Below, piece after piece: positions 9,100 through 19,253 of a DNA stretch of 64,000 nt (positions are counted from its first letter, which is position 1; every line of letters starts with the position of its first letter). Position numbers and translations under genes: made by a program. The notes under the pieces were generated by a model. It was not told the DNA's origin. It was given only the letters and a program-made list of their open reading frames with translations, and did not search any database. Origin of the DNA: Candidatus Zambryskiibacteriota bacterium (GTDB lineage Bacteria; Patescibacteriota; Minisyncoccia; Phycocordibacterales; WO2-35-19); assembly GCA_003233455.1 (NCBI GenBank), contig QILQ01000043.1, forward strand, positions 442 through 64,441, in the 5' to 3' direction.

Positions 9100-9882
9100 T
9101 TATTTTTGATTAGAAGAATTTCTTAATTTACTGTAACTCAATTTTAAACTTTTCACAACATCAACTAAAGCCGAGCGGACTGCTTTCAGGTCATTTTTAG
9201 CTTGTTTTATTTGCTTTCTGGTTGTCTCAAAATTTCCTCTTATAAGACTGGCGGTGGTTGAAGCTGTGCTTGAAGCTGTATTTTCCGAAAAGGTAATAAG
9301 GGAAATACTTGTTCTAGCCACTTTAATCTTATTTTTAGCGACCACTATAAGGCTTTTAGCTTCTGATACATCAATACCTTTATTTTCCATTTTGGTAATT
9401 CTTGATTCTATTCTTTCGGTTAAAATATCCAAACGATTGGTTGCGGCGTTAAATCTTTCAGTTATTCTTTGAATAAATTGATTAACGCGTTTTGTCATTC
9501 TACCGGCGATTTCCCGTCTTCTTTTTTGAACCGAGTCTTTTATTCTCTCTTTTTTCTGTTCCAATTCTCGCTTTAAGGTTTCTTTTTCGTTTTCTATTTT
9601 GTCTTTTATAGTTTCTTTTTTATCTTTTACTCTTTCTCTAACCCCTTCTCTTCTATCTTTTACTCTTTCTCTAACTTTTTCTCTCCTATTTTCCAATCTA
9701 TCTTTTACGGTTTCTCTCTTGTTATTCTCCACTTCATTTCCGATAGTTTCTTTTTCTACTTTTACGCTATTATTGTCGGAAACTTCTAGATTGGAGTCTG
9801 TATTGGTTTCCGAATGAGCATAAGTTAAACTTGGCAAAACTATCAAAGAAATTACAATTAAAATCAATAATTTATTTTTCAT
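9100..9882 (-). CDS. Secreted coiled-coil protein with RERVKDRREGV-type internal repeats
   Basis: Signal peptide MKNKLLILIVISLIVLPSLTYA; four or more tandem 11-aa charged repeats; DNA repeats at 9600-9720. Confidence 0.45.
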   Translation of the reverse strand: MKNKLLILIVISLIVLPSLTYAHSETNTDSNLEVSDNNSVKVEKETIGNEVENNKRETVKDRLENRREKVRERVKDRREGVRERVKDKKETIKDKIENEKETLKRELEQKKERIKDSVQKRRREIAGRMTKRVNQFIQRITERFNAATNRLDILTERIESRITKMENKGIDVSEAKSLIVVAKNKIKVARTSISLITFSENTASSTASTTASLIRGNFETTRKQIKQAKNDLKAVRSALVDVVKSLKLSYSKLRNSSNQK

Positions 9883-10002
9883 AATACTAAAATTTATTTA
9901 TAAATAATTTCTACCTAAACATTTTCTATTGTATCACAAAAATAAAATCAAGAGGAACTTCTATTTGAATAACAATTCCCAAAAGAACTCGCTTGGAAAT
10001 TG

Positions 10003-11139
10003 TTATTCGTCTACTTCCAATTTTTCTCCTTCAACTGATTTAATGTCTATTCTCCAGCCGGTAAGTTTAGCTGCTAACCTGACATTTTGACCGCCTTTAC
10101 CTATTGCTAGAGATTGCTGGTCCTCGGAAACCGTTACACTCGCTTCTCTATTTTCCTCATTTATTTCAATGGAAACTATTTTAGCGGGGGAAAGAGCGTC
10201 TTCTATAAATTCAGCCGGATTTTCAGACCATTCTATAATATCTATTTTTTCTCCGCCAAGTTCGGAAGTAACGGTGGCCACCCTTATACCTCTTTGACCG
10301 ACCAAAGACCCTACCGGGTCAATATAATTATCATTTGAAACGACCGCTATTTTGGAACGCGAACCGGCTTCTCTGGCTATTGATTTTATTTCTATAGTTC
10401 CATTCGCTAATTCCGGAGCTTCATTTTCAAAAAGTTTGATAAGAAAACGCGGATGAGAACGAGAAAGACGAAGAGCCACTCCTTTAGGACTATCTTCAAC
10501 TTTATATAAATAAGCTCTTACTCTTTCACCTTGATTAAATCTTTCACCGGGTATTTGTTCTTCATAAGGCAAGATACCCACCGCTCTGCCGACATCTATA
10601 AATATATTACCTCTCTCAATTCTTTGGACGGTGCCGGAAATAATATCTCCTTCTCTTTCTCCAAATTCTTTCAACACCGAAGACCTTTCAGCTTCTCTGA
10701 TTTTTTGCATAATGACTTGTTTGGCGGTTTGGGAAGCTATGCGACCGTAATCTCCTTTTGATTCAAGAGGAAATATCAATTCATCTCCCACTACCGCGTC
10801 CTTTTTTATTTTTTGAGCGTTGGGAAGTAAAATATGATGTTCCGGATTGAAAAGCACTCTATCATCATCCTTTTCTTCCGCCGTTTCCACCGCTTCTTCT
10901 AAAGATTTTTTATCCATAAACACTTTAGTATCATCAACCACAATTTTTACTTGATTCATATTTACCGCTCCGGTTTGCAAATCAAAAATGGCACGGATTA
11001 TTTGTCCGCGTTTGCCATATTCTTTTTTATAAGCGGTAGCCAAAGCCATTTCAATGGCTTCAATCACTTTATTTTTGGGAATACCTCTTTCTTCTTCTAA
11101 TTGGTCAAGAACAGAATTTATAACTTTTAAATCAAACAT
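10003..11139 (-). CDS. nusA: Transcription termination/antitermination factor NusA
   Basis: NusA N-domain, S1 and two KH domains (GxxG motifs). Confidence 0.9.
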   Translation of the reverse strand: MFDLKVINSVLDQLEEERGIPKNKVIEAIEMALATAYKKEYGKRGQIIRAIFDLQTGAVNMNQVKIVVDDTKVFMDKKSLEEAVETAEEKDDDRVLFNPEHHILLPNAQKIKKDAVVGDELIFPLESKGDYGRIASQTAKQVIMQKIREAERSSVLKEFGEREGDIISGTVQRIERGNIFIDVGRAVGILPYEEQIPGERFNQGERVRAYLYKVEDSPKGVALRLSRSHPRFLIKLFENEAPELANGTIEIKSIAREAGSRSKIAVVSNDNYIDPVGSLVGQRGIRVATVTSELGGEKIDIIEWSENPAEFIEDALSPAKIVSIEINEENREASVTVSEDQQSLAIGKGGQNVRLAAKLTGWRIDIKSVEGEKLEVDE

Positions 11140-11164
11140 AAAATTAAATTAACCGATAAAATAC

Positions 11165-11205
11165 CCCCAGCCCCTCTCCTAAATGCAGGAGAGGGGAGAA
11201 ATAAA
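11165..11205. repeat. Palindromic repeat CCCCTCTCCTAAATGCAGGAGAGGGG
   Basis: Family member; in nusA/cyt b divergent intergenic region. Confidence 0.6.
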
Positions 11206-11321
11206 AAATCCGCTTTCAAGCGGAGTATCTTTCTTTCAGTATTGCGTCCATTGTATACTTAAGATAATAAATAGTCAAGAAATTCGCTTGTAATAAAGTT
11301 TTTTTATTAAAATGTATTATA

Positions 11322-12887
11322 ATGAATATTATGAGTAATTTACCCTCTTCAGAGAAAAATATTTCCGCAAAGAAATATAATATATGGGAATTTTTATATA
11401 ACCGACTCGGTTTGCATTCTATCTCTTACTTTGTGCCGGAACACGCACAGTCATTGCCTTATTTATTGGGAGGATTATCGCTTGTGGCATTTGCTATATT
11501 GTTTGCCACCGGTATTTATTTAGCCCAATTTTATAATCCAAATCAAATTATTTCTAACGAAAGTGTTTCTTTCATAATAGCGAGTGTTCCGTTTGGAAAT
11601 TTCGTGCGGAGTATTCATTTTTGGACAGCAAATATTATTTTCGGACTAATTTTATTACATATGGTGCGTGTTTTCATCACCGGAAGTTATAAACGCCCTC
11701 GCGAATTTAGTTGGTTGGCCGGCTTAGGATTGCTTGGAGTTACAATGGGATTTCTTTTTACTGGGACTATGTTAAGTATGGGACAAGAAGGAATAGAGGC
11801 ACTTCAACATACCAGCGAGATAGGAACACTTTTGGGAAGTTGGGGACTATGGTTTACCGGCGGTTTTAGTGCGATTTTACCGTTTATTGGGAGAATATAT
11901 GTGGCACATATTTCTATTTTAGTTATATTATTTGTATTATTTATTTTTGCTCATTTATATTTAATAAAAACGCATGGTATTTCTCCAAAAGCGGAAATAA
12001 ACGCCACCACTGATGGTATAAATAATGAAAAAACTAACAAATTTACCGAACATTTAAAAAAATTGGCAGGTTGGTCATTTATTTTTTTGGCGATTGTGTC
12101 TATCCTCGCACTAATTTTTCCGGAATCTTTGAGCGGTTTCGGGCTTGCTGGTGTTGAAATGACAAAACCGCCGTGGATGTTTTTATGGATATATGGAATG
12201 GAAGATGTTTTTGGTATGACATCTTTAATATGGGGACCCGCTCTACTATTTATTCTTCTTGGTATAATTCCCTTTATTGATCGTTCTCCTTTTTTATCTC
12301 CGCGTCGCAGACCGTGGATTATGGTTTTTGGCACGGCTATTTTTTTGGCACTTTTGGCTTTAAGTATAAACGCTAAGCTTGCTCCGATTGGAGGCAAAAC
12401 TGAAGAAAATCATAAGTCAAATATTGTTACGCAGTTATTCTCTATACCTATTGCTTACGCTCATAATATGCCTTTTCTGTCATTTACACCTTCAGTGGTT
12501 ACTCCCAGTCAAGTGATAAAGATTAACGGAGACGGATTAAAGACAGATGGTGTATATGATATTTATTTAAAAAGTTTTAAAACTATAATAAAACTTGGAA
12601 CAGCGGAAGTTGAGCAAGGAGAAGATAGTTTTGATATTGAATTAAAAATCCCCCCAAATTTACCCGGAGATATGTATTCCGTCAAGATACAAAGTATTCG
12701 TAATAAACAGTTTAGTTTTTCTGCTCCGCTTCAACTTGCCGTTCAGCCGGTTACTGTAATACTCGCGTCAAAAACATTGGTATATACAAAATATCCCATT
12801 CCGAAAAAGGAAATTCCTTGGATTATCGGTATAATTATTATTTCTCTCGGTCTCGGAACATTTTTACTCACTAAGAAAAAATATTAA
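11322..12887 (+). CDS. Cytochrome b (b6/bc-type, fused N- and C-terminal domains) with ~150-aa C-terminal soluble extension
   Basis: VPEHAQSLPYLLGG, FVRSIHFWTAN, HMVRVFITGSYKRPREFSW, four His heme ligands, PEWY-like KPPWMF motif. Confidence 0.75.
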   Translation: MNIMSNLPSSEKNISAKKYNIWEFLYNRLGLHSISYFVPEHAQSLPYLLGGLSLVAFAILFATGIYLAQFYNPNQIISNESVSFIIASVPFGNFVRSIHFWTANIIFGLILLHMVRVFITGSYKRPREFSWLAGLGLLGVTMGFLFTGTMLSMGQEGIEALQHTSEIGTLLGSWGLWFTGGFSAILPFIGRIYVAHISILVILFVLFIFAHLYLIKTHGISPKAEINATTDGINNEKTNKFTEHLKKLAGWSFIFLAIVSILALIFPESLSGFGLAGVEMTKPPWMFLWIYGMEDVFGMTSLIWGPALLFILLGIIPFIDRSPFLSPRRRPWIMVFGTAIFLALLALSINAKLAPIGGKTEENHKSNIVTQLFSIPIAYAHNMPFLSFTPSVVTPSQVIKINGDGLKTDGVYDIYLKSFKTIIKLGTAEVEQGEDSFDIELKIPPNLPGDMYSVKIQSIRNKQFSFSAPLQLAVQPVTVILASKTLVYTKYPIPKKEIPWIIGIIIISLGLGTFLLTKKKY

Positions 12888-12912
12888 TACATTTTTCTGT
12901 TTACAACGCATT

Positions 12913-14583
12913 TTAAATGTTATGTTTGTTATCTTTCTTGATGAATTTTGAGGAATACTGAAGATTGGCGTCTGTTTTTTTATGCGGATTGAAAATATTT
13001 TTTGGGTCAAAAATATTTTTTACTTCTTTGAATAAATCAAATATTTTTTTACCATACATTTTTTCCAAATAAGGTCCGCGAATCAGACCGTCATTATGCT
13101 CACCACTCATAGAACCGCCATATTGAAAAACTAAATCATAAACTTTTTCCGCCAGTTTCGGAATGATGGCACGCTGATTGGCGTCAGTCATATCCATTAA
13201 AGGAATAATATGAAAATTGCCGTTACCAACATGTCCAGCTATGGTGTAAGTTAGTTGGGAATATTGAGCCAAAATAGCGTTAAGTTCTAATAGAAATTCA
13301 GGCATTTTTTTTGGTTGCACAATAATATCATCAATAAAAGGGACAGTTTGCTTGCCTTTTATTTTTTTGCGTAATAAATTAAAACTTTGGCGTCTAATTA
13401 TCCAATATTTTTGTTCTTCAATACTATTTTTAGGGATATGTGTAAAAAGATTAAATTTCTTCAGTAACGCTTTATTGAGTTCATTGATATTTTTATCAAT
13501 TTCAATCATATTATCGCTGTTAAATTCCGCCATCAATACCAGTTTTGGCAAACTTCTCATTTTTAACATTATTTTAAAATCTGGCAATAACAAAAAAGCG
13601 AATTTAAAAATATTAGTCTCTTTGCTGATGAGATGTGCTATTTGTGGTGCAAATTTAAGGGCTAATTTTAGTGTTTTATCATCGTAAGATTCAAAATCAG
13701 TCGGTTTATATTGCAAAACCAGATTGACTATATTCGCTAATTGAGCGGTATCATTTAAATATATCACCAACATTTTGGAATATTTTTCCGTTTTAACGAG
13801 ATGAAATTTTATTTCGGTAATTATTCCAAGAGTTCCTTGGGAACCCACAAAAATTTTACTTAAATCAAAAGTATTCGCTTTTTTGTCAAATACTTTCCAA
13901 AGTAGATAACCGGTTGAATTTTTAGAAACTTTTGGTTTAGCGGCTTGAATAATATCATAATTTTGGGATATCAATTCATACATTTGACGATAAATATTTC
14001 CCTCAAAAGTTTTAAGCGCCAATTTTTCGTGCATTTGCGTTTCGTTTATTTTTTTAAATTCATATTCTTGACCATCGCTTAAAATTACTTTAAGTGAATT
14101 TATATAATCTTCAGTTTTTCCATAACGGAGAGACATTTCTCCACCGGCATTATTGGCTACAATACCTCCTACGGAAGCGATTGACTTGGAAGCCGGATAA
14201 CTGGGGAATATTAAATTTCGTTTTAAGGTTTCTTTTTCCAAGTTGCGATAAAAAAGTCCCGGTTCGCAACTTACCCAATCCGTGCCGAAATCTTTAATTT
14301 CGCGCAAATGGTGATTCAAGTCCATTATAATTGATTCATTCAGCGTGCCACCACCCATATCGGTTCCGGCCGATCTTGGTGTTATGGATAAATTTTTATT
14401 GTCGGATTTATATTTATTTACATAATTGACTAATGTTTTGATGTCCGCGGTATTTTTTGGGAAAACCACTATTTTTGGTTTAATTCGAAAAATGCTCGCA
14501 TCTACGCTATAAAAATCAAGAGTATATGAATCGTCTTTTACTTCGCCTTTAATTAAATTTAATAAATCTTTTTTTAAATCCAT
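12913..14583 (-). CDS. FAD-binding oxidoreductase (GlcD / D-lactate dehydrogenase family)
   Basis: PCMH-type FAD-binding domain, SVGGIVANNAGG block; C-terminal FAD-linked oxidase domain. Confidence 0.7.
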   Translation of the reverse strand: MDLKKDLLNLIKGEVKDDSYTLDFYSVDASIFRIKPKIVVFPKNTADIKTLVNYVNKYKSDNKNLSITPRSAGTDMGGGTLNESIIMDLNHHLREIKDFGTDWVSCEPGLFYRNLEKETLKRNLIFPSYPASKSIASVGGIVANNAGGEMSLRYGKTEDYINSLKVILSDGQEYEFKKINETQMHEKLALKTFEGNIYRQMYELISQNYDIIQAAKPKVSKNSTGYLLWKVFDKKANTFDLSKIFVGSQGTLGIITEIKFHLVKTEKYSKMLVIYLNDTAQLANIVNLVLQYKPTDFESYDDKTLKLALKFAPQIAHLISKETNIFKFAFLLLPDFKIMLKMRSLPKLVLMAEFNSDNMIEIDKNINELNKALLKKFNLFTHIPKNSIEEQKYWIIRRQSFNLLRKKIKGKQTVPFIDDIIVQPKKMPEFLLELNAILAQYSQLTYTIAGHVGNGNFHIIPLMDMTDANQRAIIPKLAEKVYDLVFQYGGSMSGEHNDGLIRGPYLEKMYGKKIFDLFKEVKNIFDPKNIFNPHKKTDANLQYSSKFIKKDNKHNI

Positions 14584-14667
14584 ATATTTTTCATTATACC
14601 CTTTATTTTGAGAATGTGTTAAATAATGCTTTGTATTTTTAATACTCTTACAGTATAATTATAATAT

Positions 14668-16047
14668 ATGGAAGAGCAAATTCCACAAAACAAAAAAAAA
14701 GAATTTCCAGTCGGGAAAGAATTTCCAGTCGGGTTTGCAAATTTACCGTTAGACCAAAAAAGAAAATTTATGAATGAGAAACCACCTGATTCAGAAGGCG
14801 TTTCAGAGGGTGTTGCGACTCCCGAAAATGCAAAATTAATTCTTGTAGGAAAAAGTAATAAGTGGTATAGAAAACAAGGACAATCTGTAAAAAATAATAT
14901 TACCGCGGCAATAATAAGTTTAAATCCTGCTTCTGACCAAAACCAACTGCCTCCAAGAAAAGGTTTTGAACCCGCACCTGGTGATAATATTATTTCAACC
15001 GAAGTTAAACCAATTGAATTTACTGCTCCGGAAGAAATATTTTCTGATTCGTCTATTATAATGCGACACGAAGTAATCGCCGAAGATTCGGTATGGAAAA
15101 TTTTAGAGGAAACACTTGAGACTGGTGAACAATTTAAAAATATGACCAAAGCTCAAAAGATTTATATTTTAGATGTTTTAACAAGTAAAATGTTTCAAGA
15201 CTCTCATCAATATGGATTGGGTGATAATGGGGTTATTAGTGTTGGAGATGAAATAGATTTTACAAAACTGTTTGAAGATAGAGAAGAGATAGTATCTATT
15301 TTTAAGAAAGCCAAAGAAACAATTATTGAAGGCAGTCCTCAAGAGAAATCTATTCTTGCCAATAATAAAAAAATTACCGAACAGATAGAAAAAAATCCAG
15401 ATGTAGAACTCACTAATGATAAAGTGACTGAAATTTTAAAACCAAAACCAAAACCAAAACCAATAACTCCGATTGAATCTGAAATAAACGATTTAGTTGA
15501 AGGAACTGGAAAACCAAAAGCTCCAGAAATAATAGAAAATAATTCTGCAAAAGAACAAATACATAATAATATTGCCGATATTGCCGATATTACTGATATT
15601 GCCGAAGCTAAAGCCAGCCCAGTAAGATCTCTGGCTTCTGATTCTAGATCTGTCCTTGCTAACGTTGCTAACGCTAAATTTGAAGGAGGAATTGAAGAAG
15701 CTTTTCAAGAAGAAATTAATGGTATATACGGAAAAGGTGGTCTTTTGGGGCTTGGTAAAAGGATGGGAATAAATACTCAAGAATGGAAAAAAATGGCAAA
15801 ACTTCCGGCAACTAAAGTGATAGAATATTACACGGGCGATTCAGTTAAATCAGGTTTAGCTCCCAATATTATTGATAAATTATCCAAATCAAAAAAACAC
15901 ATCGCTTTAATGAAGCAAATGGTCGGTTTAATAGAAAAAACAAATGAGGCAGTCAAGCCGTTTGAAAATGAAACAGTGGAACAATTTATAAAAAGATTGG
16001 GAAATTTTGTAATGAAAAATACTCCCTCGTTAGCAAAAGTAGCATAA
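14668..16047 (+). CDS. Hypothetical repeat-rich, low-complexity protein (KEFPVG x2, KPKPKPKP, IADIADITDIA)
   Basis: 459-aa ORF; several in-frame tandem DNA repeats; antisense ORF 14619-15149 judged spurious. Confidence 0.45.
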   Translation: MEEQIPQNKKKEFPVGKEFPVGFANLPLDQKRKFMNEKPPDSEGVSEGVATPENAKLILVGKSNKWYRKQGQSVKNNITAAIISLNPASDQNQLPPRKGFEPAPGDNIISTEVKPIEFTAPEEIFSDSSIIMRHEVIAEDSVWKILEETLETGEQFKNMTKAQKIYILDVLTSKMFQDSHQYGLGDNGVISVGDEIDFTKLFEDREEIVSIFKKAKETIIEGSPQEKSILANNKKITEQIEKNPDVELTNDKVTEILKPKPKPKPITPIESEINDLVEGTGKPKAPEIIENNSAKEQIHNNIADIADITDIAEAKASPVRSLASDSRSVLANVANAKFEGGIEEAFQEEINGIYGKGGLLGLGKRMGINTQEWKKMAKLPATKVIEYYTGDSVKSGLAPNIIDKLSKSKKHIALMKQMVGLIEKTNEAVKPFENETVEQFIKRLGNFVMKNTPSLAKVA

Positions 16048-16049
16048 AA

Positions 16050-16352
16050 TTGATGAATGAAGATTTTAACAAAAAAATAATAAAAGATTTCGGGCTGGAA
16101 AATATGGATTCTGGCGAACAGCAACGAATGATAGAAAAAATAGGCAACCTGCTTTTTGAATCAGTAGTGGAAAAAGCGGTGGAGGTAATGGATGATAATG
16201 TTATGAATGATTTTGAAAATACGGTGGTTAATGCTGGTAGCGATTATCAAAAAGTTATTTCATTTCTCAAATCTCGGGTATTTGGGTTTGATAAAATAGT
16301 GGCTGATGAAATGTCTCGCCTCAAACGAGCCACTTCCGGCATATTCGCTTAA
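16050..16352 (+). CDS. Hypothetical protein
   Basis: 100-aa ORF tightly packed after upstream gene. Confidence 0.35.
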   Translation: MMNEDFNKKIIKDFGLENMDSGEQQRMIEKIGNLLFESVVEKAVEVMDDNVMNDFENTVVNAGSDYQKVISFLKSRVFGFDKIVADEMSRLKRATSGIFA

Positions 16353-16357
16353 ATAAT

Positions 16358-16648
16358 ATGAAAAATATAGACGAAAAAGAAATACAAAAAACACTTGATG
16401 AAATCAGTAAAAGGACAGAAGAATTTCAATCTGGTGAAAATTATTCTCCAGATAATAAATCTTCTCCTAATCATTTGATGGTAATACTTGCTACTATAGG
16501 AATAATTGTAGTGTTGATTATCGCAACATTTTTTTATAGTAAGGGTAGTGGGTCAAATTCAAAAATAAAAGCTCCAGCTGGATATGAAGTTGTTTATCCA
16601 AAAAATGCCCCTCCTCGTTTACAAAAAAATAATTATGAAAACATCTAA
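16358..16648 (+). CDS. Hypothetical single-pass membrane protein
   Basis: 96 aa with one TM helix. Confidence 0.35.
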   Translation: MKNIDEKEIQKTLDEISKRTEEFQSGENYSPDNKSSPNHLMVILATIGIIVVLIIATFFYSKGSGSNSKIKAPAGYEVVYPKNAPPRLQKNNYENI

Positions 16649-17111
16649 AGGATTTACTTTGATAGAGCTTCTCGTTGTTATCGCTATTATTGGGATACTT
16701 TCATCTATTATTCTTGGGAGTCTTAATAATGCCAGAGCTAGTGCTAGAGATTCAAAAAGAAAGCAAGAAATGATATCTATGCAAACAGCTCTTGAATTGT
16801 ATTATTTTGATAATGGTGTGTATCCTTCAACTAATGGTTCTTGGCGAGGGGCTGTTACATTTGGTAATTATGGAACAGGTGCAACAGGATATATTCCCGG
16901 GTTAGTTCCCAATTATATACCTGTTTTACCGTTAGATCCAAGTGGTACTAATGATGGATATCTCTATCGTTCTAATGGTACTAACTATAAATTGCTTTCA
17001 CATAAAAGTCCGGAGAGTTATCCTGCCCCTGGGACCAAATTTTATGATTCTGCCAGACCCACTTGGGCATGGAAGCTATGTAGTGGAGAACCTGCTTGTA
17101 GTAGTTGGTAA
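16635..17111 (+). CDS. Type IV pilin (prepilin, class III signal peptide)
   Basis: MKTSKGFTLIELLVVIAIIGIL N-terminus; paralog of 50175-50627. Confidence 0.75.
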   Translation: MKTSKGFTLIELLVVIAIIGILSSIILGSLNNARASARDSKRKQEMISMQTALELYYFDNGVYPSTNGSWRGAVTFGNYGTGATGYIPGLVPNYIPVLPLDPSGTNDGYLYRSNGTNYKLLSHKSPESYPAPGTKFYDSARPTWAWKLCSGEPACSSW

Positions 17112-17140
17112 AATTTATGTTGACTTCTTTTTGGAGTTTG
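17110..17140 (+). promoter_or_regulatory. Near-consensus sigma70-type promoter (TTGACT-16-TAATAT), copy 1 of a 31-bp direct repeat (copy 2 at 17526-17556 upstream of tuf)
   Basis: Identical 31-mer ttgacttctttttggagtttgttaatatata at both sites. Confidence 0.5.
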
Positions 17141-17179
17141 TTAATATATATATATATATTGATTTACACTAGAAATATT

Positions 17180-17392
17180 ATGATTAAAACAAAAACAAAA
17201 CTAAATATCACCTTAAAAGAAGCGAGCAGACTTTTTAAAGTTGCTAATAATTTTGCTGATATTTTTGAAGATTTTTTAGAGTCAAAAAAAATGTTTAGTT
17301 CTGAATTTACAAAAGGTTTGCAGACTTCTGTAGAACAAGCAAAATCAGGTCGCCTAAAGAAAATTTCTTCACTCTCAATATTAAAAAATTAA
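17180..17392 (+). CDS. Putative antitoxin-like small protein upstream of degraded RelE/ParE toxin
   Basis: 70-aa ORF; position relative to toxin remnant. Confidence 0.3.
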   Translation: MIKTKTKLNITLKEASRLFKVANNFADIFEDFLESKKMFSSEFTKGLQTSVEQAKSGRLKKISSLSILKN

Positions 17393-17395
17393 AAG

Positions 17396-17509
17396 GATTT
17401 AACCCACCTATATGGAGAGTAAGAATAGGAATTTATAGAATAATTTATTCTTTTGATAAAGATTTTATTATTTGTCTTAGGTTTAGACACAGAAAAGATA
17501 TATACAGAA
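17396..17509 (+). pseudogene. RelE/ParE toxin remnant (C-terminal half only: PIWRVRIGIYRIIYSFDKDFIICLRFRHRKDIYRNL)
   Basis: Clear RelE/ParE C-terminal signature in frame lacking any start; upstream frame blocked by TGA. Confidence 0.45.
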
Positions 17510-17525
17510 ATTTATGAATTTTTAT

Positions 17526-17556
17526 TTGACTTCTTTTTGGAGTTTGTTAATATATA
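17526..17556 (+). promoter_or_regulatory. tuf promoter (TTGACT-16-TAATAT), copy 2 of the 31-bp repeat
   Basis: See 17110-17140. Confidence 0.5.
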
Positions 17557-17641
17557 GACCATTGATAAATAAGCGAGCGGCTTTTATTTTGTCGCGATTT
17601 TAGAAGCTTTAAAAATTAATAATAAATTTAATCAAAATATT

Positions 17642-18844
17642 ATGGCAGAAGAATTTGATCGTTCAAAACCACATGTAAATGTTGGAACAGTCGGCCATGT
17701 TGACCATGGCAAAACCACTTTAACAGCCGCGTTGCTCAAGATTATTGATATGAATAAGGCGGATGGTTATGGGGCTCGTTTGGAAGAAATTGATAGTATT
17801 GATAATGCACCCGAAGAAAAATCTCGCGGTATTACTATTGCTTTGCATCACAGCGAATATTGGACACCGGAAAGACATTACGCTCACATTGACGCTCCGG
17901 GACACGCCGACTATATTAAAAATATGATTACCGGCGCCGCTCAAATGGATGGTGCGATTTTGGTAGTTGCCGCTACGGATGGAGTGATGCCTCAAACCAG
18001 AGAACATATTTTGCTTGCTAAGCAGGTTGGAGTTCCAAAAATAATTGTGTTTCTTAATAAATGCGATATGGTGGCGGACCAAGATTTAATTGATTTGGTG
18101 GAAGAGGAAATTCGCGAGCTTTTGACTAAAAATCAATATGATGGCGCGGCTACCCCCATTATCAGAGGTTCCGCCCTTAAAGCTTTGGAAGCTAATGATA
18201 TGAATGATGAATGGGCTAAAAAAGTTTTTGAACTTGTGAAAACTCTTGATTCTTATATTCCGTTGCCTGTTCGCGAGCTTGATAAACCATTCCTTATGCC
18301 GATTGAAGATATTTTCTCCATTGAAGGCAGGGGAACCGTGGTTACCGGAAAAATTGAAAGAGGAGAAGTAAAAGTGGGTGAAGAAGTGGAAATAATCGGT
18401 CTTAAAGATGCTCAAAAAACAACCGTTACCGGTATTGAAATGTTTAACAAACAACTTAAGGAAGGCAGAGCTGGAGATAATGCCGGTATTTTACTTCGCG
18501 GTCTCAAAAAAGAAGATGTTCATAGAGGTCAAGTAATCGCTAAACCGGGAACTGTTACTCCCCATACCGATTTTGAAGCGGAAGTTTATATCTTGAAAAA
18601 AGAAGAAGGGGGACGACATACACCGTTTTTCACTGGTTACAAACCGCAATTTTACATCAGAACCACTGATGTTACCGGCGAAGTAACTTTGGCTGAAGGA
18701 GTAGAAATGGTAATGCCTGGAGATACCATTACTTTCAAAGTAAAATTAACAGCACCGGTAGCTCTGGAAGAAAAGCAAAAATTTGCTATTCGCGAAGGCG
18801 GTAAAACTGTTGGTGCTGGAGTGGTAACAAAAATAGTAGCTTAA
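17642..18844 (+). CDS. tuf: Elongation factor Tu
   Basis: [23 protein letters not shown]-domain motifs. Confidence 0.95.
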   Translation: MAEEFDRSKPHVNVGTVGHVDHGKTTLTAALLKIIDMNKADGYGARLEEIDSIDNAPEEKSRGITIALHHSEYWTPERHYAHIDAPGHADYIKNMITGAAQMDGAILVVAATDGVMPQTREHILLAKQVGVPKIIVFLNKCDMVADQDLIDLVEEEIRELLTKNQYDGAATPIIRGSALKALEANDMNDEWAKKVFELVKTLDSYIPLPVRELDKPFLMPIEDIFSIEGRGTVVTGKIERGEVKVGEEVEIIGLKDAQKTTVTGIEMFNKQLKEGRAGDNAGILLRGLKKEDVHRGQVIAKPGTVTPHTDFEAEVYILKKEEGGRHTPFFTGYKPQFYIRTTDVTGEVTLAEGVEMVMPGDTITFKVKLTAPVALEEKQKFAIREGGKTVGAGVVTKIVA

Positions 18845-18858
18845 AGATATGGAAAATT

Positions 18859-19242
18859 TTGAAAGAAAACCAATTAAAAAAAGAAAAAAAGACGACTAAA
18901 ACAACAAAGACTAAGGCAAAGAAAAAAGAAGAGCCTATTTCTAAATTGCGTATTAGAGTAATGGCTTATGAATATAAAGTGCTTGACCTTTCGGTTAAGC
19001 AAATTATAGATACGGCTATGCGTTATGATGCCAAAGTGGTTGGACCGGTGCCTTTGCCTACGGAAATTAAAAAGTATACGGTCAATCGTTCTCCTTTCGT
19101 TTATAAAGATGCTCGGGAGCAATTTGAGATGCGAGTGCATCGCAGATTGATAGATATTATCAATCCTTCTCCAAAAATAATGGATTCTTTAACCAATCTT
19201 TCACTTCCATCTGGAGTGAATATTGAGGTCAAGATAGTATAG
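18859..19242 (+). CDS. rpsJ: 30S ribosomal protein S10 with Lys-rich N-terminal extension
   Basis: IRVMAYEYKVLD...PLPTE S10 core. Confidence 0.9.
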   Translation: MKENQLKKEKKTTKTTKTKAKKKEEPISKLRIRVMAYEYKVLDLSVKQIIDTAMRYDAKVVGPVPLPTEIKKYTVNRSPFVYKDAREQFEMRVHRRLIDIINPSPKIMDSLTNLSLPSGVNIEVKIV

Positions 19243-19253
19243 TTACAAAAAAC

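Noticed and set aside
14619-15149. 176-aa antisense ORF overlapping the start of the 459-aa repeat protein
   Set aside because: It is a low-complexity product, shorter than the plus-strand ORF, and sits opposite a more plausible gene.
16584-16634. Upstream start (MKLFIQKMPLLVYKKIIMKT...) for the pilin ORF
   Set aside because: Class III prepilin leaders are short; the internal Met at 16635 gives the canonical MKTSKGFTLIELL leader, and the longer start overlaps the upstream gene.
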